Source: an uncultured Planctomycetota bacterium
GTDB lineage: Bacteria > Planctomycetota > Planctomycetia > Isosphaerales > Isosphaeraceae
NCBI GenBank assembly: GCA_963737655.1
Contig: CAVTTN010000002.1
Location: 1-64,000 of the forward strand
Length of the DNA stretch: 64,000 nt
Direction: 5' to 3'
How positions within the stretch are numbered: the stretch's first letter is position 1; each line of letters begins with the position of its first letter. The notes under the pieces were generated by a model that was given only the letters and a program-made list of their open reading frames with translations, searched no databases and had not been told where the DNA came from. Made by a program: the position numbers and the translations under genes. Positions 36,008 through 46,948 of this stretch are shown piece after piece.

Positions 36008-36895
36008 ATGGCAAGACACTTCGGATCGGCGGCGGCCTTCAAGGCATCGCTCGAGGCCCACCTGCGAAAGCTGGCTGGCGAACGCACCACTCCATTGAGC
36101 ACGCTCCAGCTGAAGCTCGTCATCGAGAGGCTCCTCGCGCGGCTATTCCGGGAGCCGAATCCGCCTTGGCTCCTCAAAGGCGGTTTCGCGATGGATCTCC
36201 GGTTCCGGCCACGCGCGAGAACGACGAAGGACGTCGACATTTCGCTCGCGCTTGGGGCGGGAGACTCCGTCGAATTCTCGGCCGCATTCCGCGAGCAGCT
36301 CCAGGAGACCGTCGACTTCGAACTGGGCGACTATCTCACCTACCGCATCGGAAGTCCGAAGCGCGAACTCACCAACGCGCCGCGAGGCGGGGCGCGGTAT
36401 CCGTGCGAGGCGGTCCTCGTCGGCAAGACCTACGCCAAGTTCCACATCGATGTCGGTTGCGGCGATGTGCTCGTCGGCGAGCCCGAAAGGATCGTCGGCG
36501 ACGATCTCTTGTCGTTCGCCGGCATCCCCCCCGCCGAGGTTCTCGCGATCTCCAAGGCCCAACAGTTCGCCGAGAAGGTCCACGCCTACTCGTTCGCGTG
36601 GAAGGATCGCCTCAACACCCGGACCAAAGACCTCGTCGACCTCGTGCTCCTGATCGAGCGCGGTCTTCCCGACGTCGACCAGATACGAGCGGCCCTCGCT
36701 GTGACGTTTTCGTCGAGGGCGACGCACCCGATGCCGGCAGAGCTTGCGTCCCCTCCGACGGCTTGGGCGACGGATTTCCCCGCAATGGCGGCCGAGGCGG
36801 GGCTCTCGACGAGCGACTACCTCCAGGCGTTCGCGATTCTCGACGCATTCTGGACTGCGGGTTCGCTGTTCTCGACCAGCCCGCCGGCGGAGTAA
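36008..36895 (+). CDS. abiEii: AbiEii/AbiGii nucleotidyltransferase toxin
   Basis: LLKGG, RTTKDVD, AEKVHA, RTKDLVDL. Confidence 0.9.
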   Translation: MARHFGSAAAFKASLEAHLRKLAGERTTPLSTLQLKLVIERLLARLFREPNPPWLLKGGFAMDLRFRPRARTTKDVDISLALGAGDSVEFSAAFREQLQETVDFELGDYLTYRIGSPKRELTNAPRGGARYPCEAVLVGKTYAKFHIDVGCGDVLVGEPERIVGDDLLSFAGIPPAEVLAISKAQQFAEKVHAYSFAWKDRLNTRTKDLVDLVLLIERGLPDVDQIRAALAVTFSSRATHPMPAELASPPTAWATDFPAMAAEAGLSTSDYLQAFAILDAFWTAGSLFSTSPPAE

Positions 36896-37125
36896 GCGCA
36901 GACACCGTCTGCGCTTTCACACCCGACTTCCTCTTCGCCGCGTCGTTGCCGGATACGATCACCCTCCCCGTGCCAGCCCGAGGATGGCCTCTCTGACAGG
37001 CGGCGAAAGTCGGTGCCACGTCAGGACGAGTTCGCGAAGGGCCTCGTCTTCCCGACACCCTTCCGACAAGGCGACCTTGCAGTTTCCACAAATCATTTCG
37101 CCGAAGCGGCTTGCGTCGTTTGGTT

Positions 37126-37153
37126 CGCGGGTGCAATTCCCGCCGCCTCCACT
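37126..37153 (+). repeat. 28-bp duplicate of the ssrA 3' end (att core), inverted relative to ssrA
   Basis: CGCGGGTGCAATTCCCGCCGCCTCCACT is the exact reverse complement of 55720-55747. Confidence 0.92.
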
Positions 37154-38431
37154 CCTGACAATCGCTGTCAGGGGACGAAAAATGACGACAACCCCCGTCT
37201 TCGACGGGGGTTGCGTCGTTTACGGATTGGGCCTCGCCACTGCCAACGGATGCCCCGTCGTGACAGGATGGGACACCCGGAATACTCCCATTACGCTGCA
37301 ACCCGTCGGCGGTCGGGCCGGCTTCACCCCCACCCCCGCTTCTCTCCCCGGGGGGCGTCCAGGGGAGCTGGCTCAGGGCCTTCGCCTGGTCGTCGATCCC
37401 GATGTGGGTGTAGCGCATCGTCATGTTGACGTCGGAGTGCCGGGCGAGCTCGCGGGCCTCGGGGACGGTCGCGCCGTTGCGGAGCAGCTCCGTGATGTAG
37501 GTGTGCCGGCCCGCCGCGTGGAAGTCGGCGATCCCCTCCGCCGTCTCGTACGGGATGCCGGCCCGCTCCAGGTCCTTCCGGACCATCAGCCAGGTCTTCT
37601 TGCCGGCGAGCCCGGGGAACAGCGGCGCATCGGCCGGCAGGGCGGGCATCCACTCCCGGAGCATCCGGAGCAGCTCGGGGTGGACCGGCAGGATGTCCTC
37701 GCGGCGGTGCTTCGAGAACGCGGCCCGGACGGTGACCTTGGGCGGCTCGGACGCGAAGTCGAAGCTGCCCGGCGTCAGGCTCGACAGCTCGTTCTTGCGG
37801 AGGCCGGTGAGGTACGAGACGGCGTACAGCCGGGCCCGCTCCTCGCCGGAATACCCCTGGATCGGCCTCGAGCAGCCCCGTGCCGAGGCGATCAGCCTCG
37901 AAACCTCGTCGGCGGTGAGCGCCCGCCGCTTGTGCCGGACGTCGACCTCGGTGTTTAGCCTGGTGAGCGAGGCGACCGGGTTGTGGGGCAGCCGCTTGCT
38001 GGCGACGAGCCACTTGCCGAACTCGTCGATCGCCTGGACGTAGTGGTTGTACGTCTTGTTGCCGAGGTCCTCCTCCCTCGCCATCTTGCGGAGGAACCGC
38101 TCCACATCCTCGGCGTTCAGGTCGTCCAGGGTCCTGAATCCGCACCCCGAGACGACCCGTTCGATCCGGGTGGTGATGAGGCGGACGTGCTTCGGCGTGT
38201 TGTGCGCGAGGCTCATTAGGAAGGCCTTGACGTGGCCGGCGACGGCCGATCGCTTCCGCTCGACGAGCTGCTCCTGCGCGGGGTCGATCGAGCCCCCGTC
38301 TGCGGAGCATCGCCTCGTGCTCGAGCCGGGCGGCGAGCCGCTCGGTCTCGCCCCGGTCGGTGAACCCCTTGACGGTGCGTCGTGCCCCGTCGTGGTCGGT
38401 GTAGCCGATGTACCAGGGGGCCCCCTTCCTA

Positions 38432-39617
38432 GTGGTCTACCGCTGTAAAGGTTGTGGGTAGAGATGGGCGAGTTTCCGACGGGCGTCGGCCACACGGAAG
38501 CTCCACTCCAGCCTTACCCCGAGCCGATTCCGCTCCGTCTGCCACGTATCGACCTCCCTCGTCACGGACTCCTTGTCGGGCAGGCGGCGGTCGAGGCACT
38601 GCCGGGAGAGCACCGACAGCTCGCACTCCGCCATGTTCAGCCAGCTGGCGTGCTTGGGCGTGAAGTGGAACTCCAGGCGACGGGCCAGCCGCCACGCCTC
38701 ATCCGGCGGATAGGTGGCGAAGAGCGACCCGAGCGCATGAGTGTTCAAGTTGTCCAGCACTACCCGGATCACGTCCGCCTCCGGATACAACTCGTCGCAG
38801 AGGTGGCGCATCTGGGCGGCGAAGTCGGGGATCGCCCGGCGGTCCGTCACCGTGACATGACGCCGGCCAGCCAGGGGCTCGACGATCACGAACAGGTTGG
38901 CCGTGCCATGGCGGGTGTATTCGTAATCCTGCTTGGCTGGCGAGCCCGGCCGAGGCGGGATCGGCTCGGCGACATCGCCCCGCAGCTCCTTGCTCGCCTC
39001 GTCGAAGCAGACCACCGGCCGGGCCGAGTCGTGGGCCTCGGCATACAGCTCGAGCACGTCCTCCATGCGATGGATGAACTCCCCATCTACGCCCTTCGGC
39101 AGGCACCACGACTTCTTCTGCCACGGCTTGAGCTCGCTTTTTTTAGGACCCGCAGGATCGTGTCCTCGGAGACCGATTCGACAACCTGGAGCTCGACCAG
39201 GCGGTTGGCCAGCATGCGTGCGGTCCAGGTGGCCCGCCCCTCAGGCACCGGGTTGCATGCCATGGCGATGACGATCGCCTCGGCCTTGCCGTCGAGGAGG
39301 GGCTTGGCCCCGGGGCGTGGCCTCTCGTGGATCGCGGCGCCGAGCCCGCCGGCGGCGAACCGACGCCGGACGTTGGCGACGGTCCCGAGGGAGACACCGA
39401 CCCCCTCGACGATCTCCTCGTCGGTCTCGCCGGCATCGGTCCGGAGGAGGATCTGCGCCCGATTCCGCTGACGACGGGTCAGGGGACCGGCCTCCCACCG
39501 ATCGAGCCTCCATCCTCTGGTCATCTGTCAACTGAACCGCATGTCGCTTCGGCATGATCGGCCTCCTATGAGGCCATCTTACCGGAATGACCGTCAATCT
39601 CTACAGCGGGCAACCAC
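38432..39617 (-). mobile_element. IS630-family element inserted at a TA within int2
   Basis: CTAG context at both ends; imperfect IR GTGGT..CCGCTGTA; A7G slippery site near 39140; FDEA, LDNLNTH, ASWLNMAE. Confidence 0.9.
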
Positions 39618-39947
39618 TAGAGCGGTCGCTTTTCTGCTTGTAGATCGAGGCCATGACGCATCTCCCTGGGGAAGATCGGATTCTGGATCGCCGGGGTCGG
39701 CGGTACAAGAGCAATCCGACGGCCCGTGGAGAGCCGGATGCGGCCGGGGCCTGTGCCGGCGAAGACGCTGGTGCCGATACACAGTCCAACGCGCCGGGGG
39801 CGACCCACGGCAGTCCAGGCTCGGTCGATTCTGGGACTACGCGTCCCGACCCGGTTGGTGGCACACTTCCGGGTGGCCGTCCCACGAGTTGCGGCAAGAC
39901 CACGATTCTTGTAAACTAGTCGGATAAACTAGATTGGAGGGACGACC

Positions 39948-40193
39948 GTGGAATCCGTCGGGACTTTCGAGGCCAAGACGCACCTCACCCGCCTCCTGGA
40001 GCGGGTCGCGAAAGGCGAGCGGATCGTCATCACGAACCGGGGCAAGCCCGTCGCCATGCTCGTGCCCCCCGAGGTCGGCGATCGGGCCGATGTCGCGGAA
40101 GTCGGCCGGGCCATGCTGGCCTACCGCGACCAGGTGAAACGCGAGCTCGGCGGTTCTTTCCGCGACCTGGCGCACGAGGGCCATCGGCACTGA
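39948..40193 (+). CDS. Phd/YefM-family antitoxin
   Basis: GTFEAKTHLTRLLERV..GE.IVIT.RGKPVA. Confidence 0.9.
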   Translation: MESVGTFEAKTHLTRLLERVAKGERIVITNRGKPVAMLVPPEVGDRADVAEVGRAMLAYRDQVKRELGGSFRDLAHEGHRH

Positions 40194-40216
40194 TCGGGGT
40201 CCGATATTCGATGATC

Positions 40217-40645
40217 ATGCCTCACCCGCCCGACCGCTTCGTGCTGGACGGCTCGATCACCCTGGCCTGGCTCTTCCACGACGAGAAGGATCCTTACGCG
40301 GACGCGATCGTGGGCAAACTCCCGCGACTCGAGATGCTCGTGCCGAGGCTGTGGCACCTGGAGATCGCGAACGTCCTGCTCGTCGGCGAGCGCCGCGGCC
40401 GTTGCACCCAGGCGGACGTGACGACCTGGCTCTCGTTCCTCTCGGGGCTCCCGGTCGTCGTCGACCGCGACACCGAGGCGCGGGCGTGGTCCGACACCAT
40501 CCCCCTGGGGCGGCAGTACGGTCTGAGCGCCTACGACGCCGCCTACCTGGAGCTGGCGTTGCGCGAGGGCGTCCCGCTCGCCACCCTCGACGCGAGGCTC
40601 GAGGCCGCGGCGACGGCGGCCGGTGTGGCGATCTATCAACCGTGA
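40217..40645 (+). CDS. vapC: VapC PIN-domain toxin
   Basis: FVLDGS, EIANVL, LSAYDAAYLELA, LATLD. Confidence 0.9.
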   Translation: MPHPPDRFVLDGSITLAWLFHDEKDPYADAIVGKLPRLEMLVPRLWHLEIANVLLVGERRGRCTQADVTTWLSFLSGLPVVVDRDTEARAWSDTIPLGRQYGLSAYDAAYLELALREGVPLATLDARLEAAATAAGVAIYQP

Positions 40646-40881
40646 TCCGACGAACCGAAGTTGCAAGGGGGCAAGAGGTCGCGCGAACTCCCGCGGATGG
40701 CGTGGACGCAGATCCCTCGATTCAGGCCCGATGAGATCACGCGATGCTGACGACGATTTGCCGTGCACCATCTCCATCTTCGGCCGAATCGCGCGCCCGG
40801 GCGTTCACCGCATCCCGGGGGATGGCTTGAGGGTCCGCCGCCGGCGGGTGGACAAGTCGGATCACGCGCACCGTCTCGGGC

Positions 40882-41082
40882 TCAGTGGGACCCGGCCCCT
40901 CGCCCGCGGGCACCCCTGGACATCGCCTCCAGTTCCTCCCGCGCGACCCGGTAGAACTCCCGGTCGGCGTCGGCCCACTCCTCCTCGCGGAGCACCACCT
41001 GGATGATGGAGCGGCACCGCCGGGCGATCCGGATGGCCGCCTCGTGGGTGCGAGTGTCGGTCGGCTGGTTCTCGATGAACAT
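40882..41082 (-). CDS. Small conserved hypothetical protein (homolog of 52979-53161)
   Basis: MFIENQ...CRSIIQVVLREEEWADADREFYR; GAGG RBS. Confidence 0.75.
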   Translation of the reverse strand: MFIENQPTDTRTHEAAIRIARRCRSIIQVVLREEEWADADREFYRVAREELEAMSRGARGRGAGSH

Positions 41083-41090
41083 CGCGATCC

Positions 41091-41741
41091 TCACCCCCTG
41101 GCAACCGGGATCGTATCGATATGAATTGATGAAACTTCGCCAGTGAGCCAGACGTGGCCCGCCGTCGTGAGGAACTCGGCCCCGCCCCCGGCCGCTTCGG
41201 CGGAGCGCACCCGCAACACGATCCACGACCCGCCGGCCGCCCTCGCGACCCCCAGGGCATAACCGAGGTCCGACGTGAGGTGGACATAAGCCCGCCTCAT
41301 CGGGCGGAGCCCGTGCTCCCGGATCCGCCCTTCGCGGTCCGAGGACGTGCCGTGGAAGAGTCGGGCCGGCGGAGACGCCGGACGGGCCGCGACGACGCCG
41401 GGCAGGGAGTGCCCGTAGAGGGCCCGGATCTTCCCCGGGCGGATCTCGAACCGCCCCGAGTCCTGCGTCCGGACGAGGTCCTCGAGACACCGGACGTTGA
41501 CGGCCTGCAGACGCTGTCCCGCCCCCCGGACGGCCCGCGCCACGTCCCTGAGATTCGCCCAACCCTCCGCGTCGACCGCGACCCCCCGAGGGGGCCCGCC
41601 ATGCCGGAGCAGGAACGCCAGGACGCGGACCAGCGACGGACCTTCCTCTTCCAGCCCCATCGCGAACCCGGCGGTGTCCGAGGCGGCCTCGGCGAAGATG
41701 AGCGCCGCGCGTCTCCGCAGTTCATCGTCCTCGTTCGACAT
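41091..41741 (-). CDS. kptA: RNA 2'-phosphotransferase, Tpt1/KptA family
   Basis: LLRH, DAEGW, RFE, IRALYGHS, LFHGT, GLRPMRRAYVHLT. Confidence 0.85.
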   Translation of the reverse strand: MSNEDDELRRRAALIFAEAASDTAGFAMGLEEEGPSLVRVLAFLLRHGGPPRGVAVDAEGWANLRDVARAVRGAGQRLQAVNVRCLEDLVRTQDSGRFEIRPGKIRALYGHSLPGVVAARPASPPARLFHGTSSDREGRIREHGLRPMRRAYVHLTSDLGYALGVARAAGGSWIVLRVRSAEAAGGGAEFLTTAGHVWLTGEVSSIHIDTIPVARG

Positions 41742-41744
41742 CGG

Positions 41745-41975
41745 TCACCCCTTGGCGGCGCGGCCGGGGGTCGGGCACCCGGAGGCGACCCACGCCTCGA
41801 CGTCCGCACGCCGCCAGCGCGTGCTGCCGCCGAACTTGACCGGGGCCACGATCTTCCTCGTGCTGACCAGCCTCCAGAGGGTCCGCGTCGAGATGTCCAG
41901 CATCCCGGCGACCTCGTCGGCCGAGATCAGCAGCGGGGCGGGCGGCGCCCCCACTCCCCTCTCAGTCGCTCCCAT
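41745..41975 (-). CDS. AlpA/excisionase-like HTH protein (element 2)
   Basis: LISADEVAGMLDISTRTLWRL...STRWRRADVEAW. Confidence 0.85.
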   Translation of the reverse strand: MGATERGVGAPPAPLLISADEVAGMLDISTRTLWRLVSTRKIVAPVKFGGSTRWRRADVEAWVASGCPTPGRAAKG

Positions 41976-42221
41976 CGTCTGCCTCCGTCCCCGGCCCGGC
42001 GACCTGCCTCGATGCAGGTTCTCCGGTCAATCTTCCCGGCCCGGGGAGGGCTGAGGACAGTTCAGGCTCGGTTCATCCTGGAGAGATTTGAATGGAATTA
42101 GCCCCGATCCCTGCCGGGAACGACGAGGTCGGGTTGGCGTCATCAACAGCAAGTGCGGCTCGGCCAGAAGGTCCGCAGGTCGTCGCGTCTGCGCCTCGAC
42201 ACGCCAGAATGTCAGTAATTG

Positions 42222-42854
42222 GTGTGCGTCCGGCAAACCCCTTCTTGCAGCCCACTCTACGATCGGGGCATGGTCGAAAGGGGGTGAACCATGGCACAGG
42301 CGATACGGGATCTGGGGCGAGAGCCACACCGGCGACGGGTCCTGGTGCGGTGGCGGCGTAGCGGACTTTCCGTGCGGGCCTTCTGCCGGGCGGAGGGCAT
42401 CAGCGAGCCGTCGTTCTACGTGTGGCGGCGGAAGTTGGACCCGGCCGACCACAAGAAACCGGCCTTCCTCCCGGTGCATGTCGTTACCGAGGAGGCCAAA
42501 CAGCCCGTGACTCGTGACATCGAGATCGTCCTGGCCAACGGTCGCTGCCTGCGGGTCGGGCCGGGCTTCGATCCCCACACGCTGGTGACGCTCGTCGATC
42601 TCCTCGAAGCCGGGGGCACCTCATGCTGAGCTTGCCCCCGACCGTACGCATCTGGCTCGCGGCGGAACCGGTCGATCTTCGAAAATCGTTCGACGGTTTG
42701 GCGGCCATGGTCCAGGAAGGACTGCGGGGCAACCCGCTGTCGGGAGACATCTTCGTTTTCCGCAACAAGGCCGCCGACCGGATCAAGCTCCTGGTCTGGG
42801 AGGAAGACGGATACGCGATCTGGTACAAACGATTGGAAGCAGGACGCTACCGTT
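42222..42854 (+). mobile_element. Canonical IS66 left part (tnpA 42291-42629, tnpB from 42623), truncated by the second IS66-type element
   Basis: End GTGTGCGTCCGGCAAACC; SGLSVRAFCRAEG; DLRKSFDGL...KLLVW. Confidence 0.88.
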
Positions 42855-45047
42855 GTAGCCGTTCCCGGCGCGGGTTGCTTGGTCACGTCCGCGCGATTAT
42901 AACGGCGGCATGGACCGGCCGACCTCGATCCCTCAGCACGTCTGGGACAGCCTTTCGGATGAAGCCCGTGTGGTCATCGGCTCCGTCGTCGAGGGATTGG
43001 AACGACGGGTCGCCGAGTTGGAACAGCACGTCCGGGATCTGATGGCCCGCCTAGAACAGGATTCCACCAACAGCTCCAGGCCGCCGTCGTCCGACCCGAT
43101 CGGCGTCAAGCGGAAGCCACCTGCGCCGCCGTCGAGGGAGCGCCGGGGCGGGCAGAAGGCCCATCCGCGTCGGTTGAGGGCCCTGGTGCCGCCCGAGCGC
43201 GTCGCCTCGGTCACCGACTGTAAGCCGACGGAATGCCGGCGCTGTCGACGCCCGTTGAGCGGGGTGGACGCCCAACCCCGGCGCCACCAGGTGGCCGAAC
43301 TGCCGCCGATCGAGCCGGAGGTGCATGAGTGCCGGCTCCATCGCCTCGGTTGCCCCCACTGCAGGACGGTCACCTGCGGGACGCTGCCCGATGGCGTGCC
43401 CCGCACGTCGTTCGGGCCCCGTTTGCACGCGGCCCTCGGCGTGTTGACCGGGGCGTACCGGCTGAGCAAGCGGCAGGTCGTGCAGCTCGGCTCCGACCTC
43501 CTGGGCCTGACGATCTCCGTCGGAATGATCTCCAAGCTGGAGCGGATCACGGCGGAGGTGCTGGAGCAACCGGCGGCCGAGTTGGCCGAGGCGGTGAAGG
43601 CGGCCCAGGCGGCGAACATCGACGAGACGGGCTGGCGGGAGGCGCACCTCAAGGCCTGGCTCTGGGTCGTGGTGACCTCGGTGGGGGTCGTCTTCCGCAT
43701 CGCCCGCTCGCGGGCCGGGGCGGTGGCCGCGGACCTGCTCGGTGAGGAGCCGAAGCCGATCGTCATCAGCGACCGCTGCCCCGGCTACGAGTGGATCAAG
43801 CTGAAGTCGAGGCAAGTTTGCTGGGCCCACCTGCGTCGCGATTTCCAGGCGATGATCGACCGCGATGGCGACGGCGCCGAGGTCGGACGGCAACTGCTCT
43901 GGCAGTCGAACGAGCTGTTCGAATCCTGGCACAAGGTCCGCGACGGCACCATCCAACGATCGACGTTCCATCAATACCTCGCGTGGCTGCGGCCGATGGT
44001 CCGTTCGAGCCTGGGGCGCGGGTCTCGATGTGCCTGTCCGAAGACGGCGGCGACGTGCGGCGAGTTGCTGCGCCTGTGGGATTGCCTGTGGACCTTCACC
44101 CAGGTCGACGGCGTCGAGCCGACGAACAACGCGGCGGAGCGAGCGTTGCGGCACGCCGTGATCTGGCGGCGGATCAGCGGTGGGACTGACAGCGAAGGCG
44201 GGAGCAGGTTCGTGGAGCGGATGCTGTCGGTGGTGGCCACCTGCCGGCTGCAGAAGCGTAGCGTGCTGGAGTACTTGACGCGGTGTCATCAAGCCTATCG
44301 TCACGCCCAACACGTCCCCTCCCTTTTGTCGCCGGCCGCGTCCCTGACTCGCGCCGGGTGATCGTATCCGCTCGCCCTCTCGACGGAGACTCAATGTCGT
44401 GGGGCCACTTCCGCTGTGTCGTTCGGCAACGTCGAATCAGCTGTAATCCTCCCGCGAGCAACGCATTTGTTGCCCTCGTACAGTTCGAACTCCCTGCCCT
44501 CACGAAGTGAGTCGTGCGGTGCCTCGTCAAAGAGGTAATGAACGTCGGCGACCCACCGAAACTCCGTGCTGAGTGATTCACGCTTGACGATGACTAACGA
44601 CCAGGACGCACCTGCCGGGGGCCAAGGATCGTCGAGGAACCGCACTTCGGTGGCATATGCAGGAATTCCGACTCCGAGAGGGGGCCTGGAACGCCCGCCA
44701 TCAGCCTTTGGAATCCAGTCCACTACCGCACACTTCGTGACCATTTCGATGACTCCAAGGGGCGTGGTTTGAGCGGCGGCAAGTCATCGTTATGGAGATA
44801 ACGCGCCGGGCGATGACCGTCGAGATTCGGACGAGTAGAGAGACTCGGAGCGTTGTTCGGGACGTCAACTTCGATGAGTTTATACTTCCCGTCGGGGAAC
44901 AAGGGACGTGTCCTGCTATTCCCTAGGGCGTGGGACTTGGCGCCTTCGAGGGAGTCGGCAAACCATTTCCCTTCGAGCGAGTTGGGGCCTTGTCGAAGTT
45001 GGCCGGTCTTGAGTATGTCCTGATACTCCGCCTCACTTACCGCACGG
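42855..45047 (+). mobile_element. IS66-family element copy B (direct repeat of 23917-26109), right end deleted
   Basis: Identical transposase (42910-44361) and 117-aa passenger (44391-44744); cut by the IS starting at 45048. Confidence 0.9.
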
Positions 45048-46948
45048 CTGTACTTTCCGGGATTTTATAGCTTCCGAACCGTCGGTCGGGTCCGAGGCCG
45101 CGCGAGGATTGGAATCAGCCGCTCTCGAGGCTCAGTTCCCAGCCCGTGCTCAGACAGAGTATCTCCCAGCAGTGGGAGACCTGGGCAACGCCCCGGTTGA
45201 CCTGAACCCAGACTCGCTCCACAGGACCGCCGGTACCGAGGTTGAAGGTGACTTCGTATGATTCGGATTCCACGTGGCCGCACATGAAGGAGGGTCGCTG
45301 CTCCAGGGCTCCACTCACCATCTCTGGCAGCGCGATCCCTCGTGCGTTAAGGCTCGCGAGCTTCTCCCGGCCGGACGGTGACCAGTCGAACGCGACATCA
45401 GGGAATACGGCGCGAAGTGACTGCTGGACCGAAGTCGGTGTGCCCAGCGGCTGGCCGTCGTCTCGTTGGAGCGTTCCCTGGATACACACGAGCGGAGCCG
45501 CCTGTCCAAATCGATTAGACGGGGGCCGGCCCGAGCGGGACGATGGCGGTTACCACACCAGCCTGACACCCCGAGCGGAGCCGGCCCCCGATGACATCCT
45601 CGCATCTCACGCCCGCCCCGTGCCAGTGGTTCTCCTGGCTCGCCGTCGCCCTCGACCGTCGCTCCGCTCCCCGGCTCGCCCTGCTGTTCCTCGGCGCCGT
45701 CCTGGCCCGGGGCCGGCGCACCGTCACCACCTGGATCAGGGCGGCCAAGCTCGGCGGTCAATATCAGCGCTGCTACGTCGCCGTGGCGGCCGCCGGCAAG
45801 CGGGCCGATCGCATCGCCCGACGACTGCTGACCGAGGTGGTCCGGCCGCTCCTCAAGGGGGCCACGCGGCTAACCCTCGCCCTGGACGACACCCCGACGA
45901 AGCGGTATGGCCCGCACGTCCAGGGGGCCGGCGTGCATCACAACCCGACACCCGGCCCTGCCGGTTCGCCCTATGTCTACGGCCATGTCTTCGTCGTCCT
46001 GGCCCTGCTCGTGGCCCATCCGTCGTGGGGAGTCGTCGCCCTGCCGCTGCTGGCCCGGCTCTACGTCCGCAAGAAGGACCTGCCGGGCATCGACCCGAAG
46101 CATCGGCCGCCGTTCCGCACCAAGCTGGAAATGGCCGTCGAACTGCTGCGGTGGGCCAAGCCCTGGCTGGGGCTGCTGGGATTGCCGATCCGGGTGGTGG
46201 CCGACGGTGCCTATGCCAAGGCGGCCTTCCTCAAGCCGGCGATGTCACTGGGCATGACGGTCGTCAGCCGACTCAGAAAGGATGCGGCGTTGCGGACGTT
46301 GCCCGGCCCACGGCCGGCGGGGAAGCGGGGCCGGCCGCGGACCTACGGGGAGGAAAAGATCGACCTGGCCAAGCGAGGCGGCCAGCGGCGTGGCTGGTCG
46401 TCCGACACGTTCGACCTTTACGGGCAGAAGGCGGTCAAGAAGTACAAGACGTTCCTGGCGACCTGGCGGCCGGCCGGTGGCGCGATCCGAGTGGTGCTGG
46501 TCGATGAGCCGACCGGATGGCGGGCCTATTTCTGCTCCGACACCGAGGCGAGCGTGGCCGACATCCTGGGGATGGTGTCCGACCGGTTCAGCCTGGAGAT
46601 CACCTTTCGCGAGTGCAAGCAGGTCGTCGGGGCGGGCCAACAGCAGGTGCGGTTCATCTGGGCGAACATCGGGGCGTTCCACGTCTGCCTGTGGACGTTC
46701 ACGCGGACCGAGGCGTGGGCCTGGGGCCGGAAGCAGGAGGAGTTGGTAGACCGCTCGGGCTCGCCGTGGGATAGCTCGCCGCGCCGTCCGAGCCACGCGG
46801 ACAAGCGGCGGGCGTGGCGTCGTGAATTGCTGGGCGAGGAGATTCGTGCGACTCTACGCCCGGGGGCGACCGAGGCGGAAATCCCGGCCATGGCAGAAAG
46901 GCTGCTCAGCTTGGCCGCATGAGATATACATTCACCCGGAAAGTACAG
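45048..46948 (+). mobile_element. IS701/IS4-like element (transposase 45591-46922) with a passenger ORF
   Basis: 14-bp TIR CTGTACTTTCCGGG; DDTPTKRYG, ADGAY, RFSLEITFRECKQ; no TSD. Confidence 0.88.
45115..45489 (-). CDS. Hypothetical passenger protein inside the IS
   Basis: 124-aa ORF with globular-protein composition, between the left TIR and the transposase. Confidence 0.5.
   Translation of the reverse strand: MCIQGTLQRDDGQPLGTPTSVQQSLRAVFPDVAFDWSPSGREKLASLNARGIALPEMVSGALEQRPSFMCGHVESESYEVTFNLGTGGPVERVWVQVNRGVAQVSHCWEILCLSTGWELSLESG

Larger units (their letters stand above)
37126..39654 (-). pseudogene. Tyrosine integrase of element 2, split by IS630 and frameshifted near 38290
   Basis: Rejoined N-terminus MASIYKQKSDRSRKGAPWYIGY; TGLRKNEL, DFHAAGRHT, LARHSDVNMTMRYTH; paralog of 54422-55891. 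Confidence 0.9.

Noticed and set aside
23917..45047. Composite transposon bounded by the two IS66 copies
   Set aside because: Copy A has its own TSD and copy B is inserted into another IS66's tnpB; these are independent insertions
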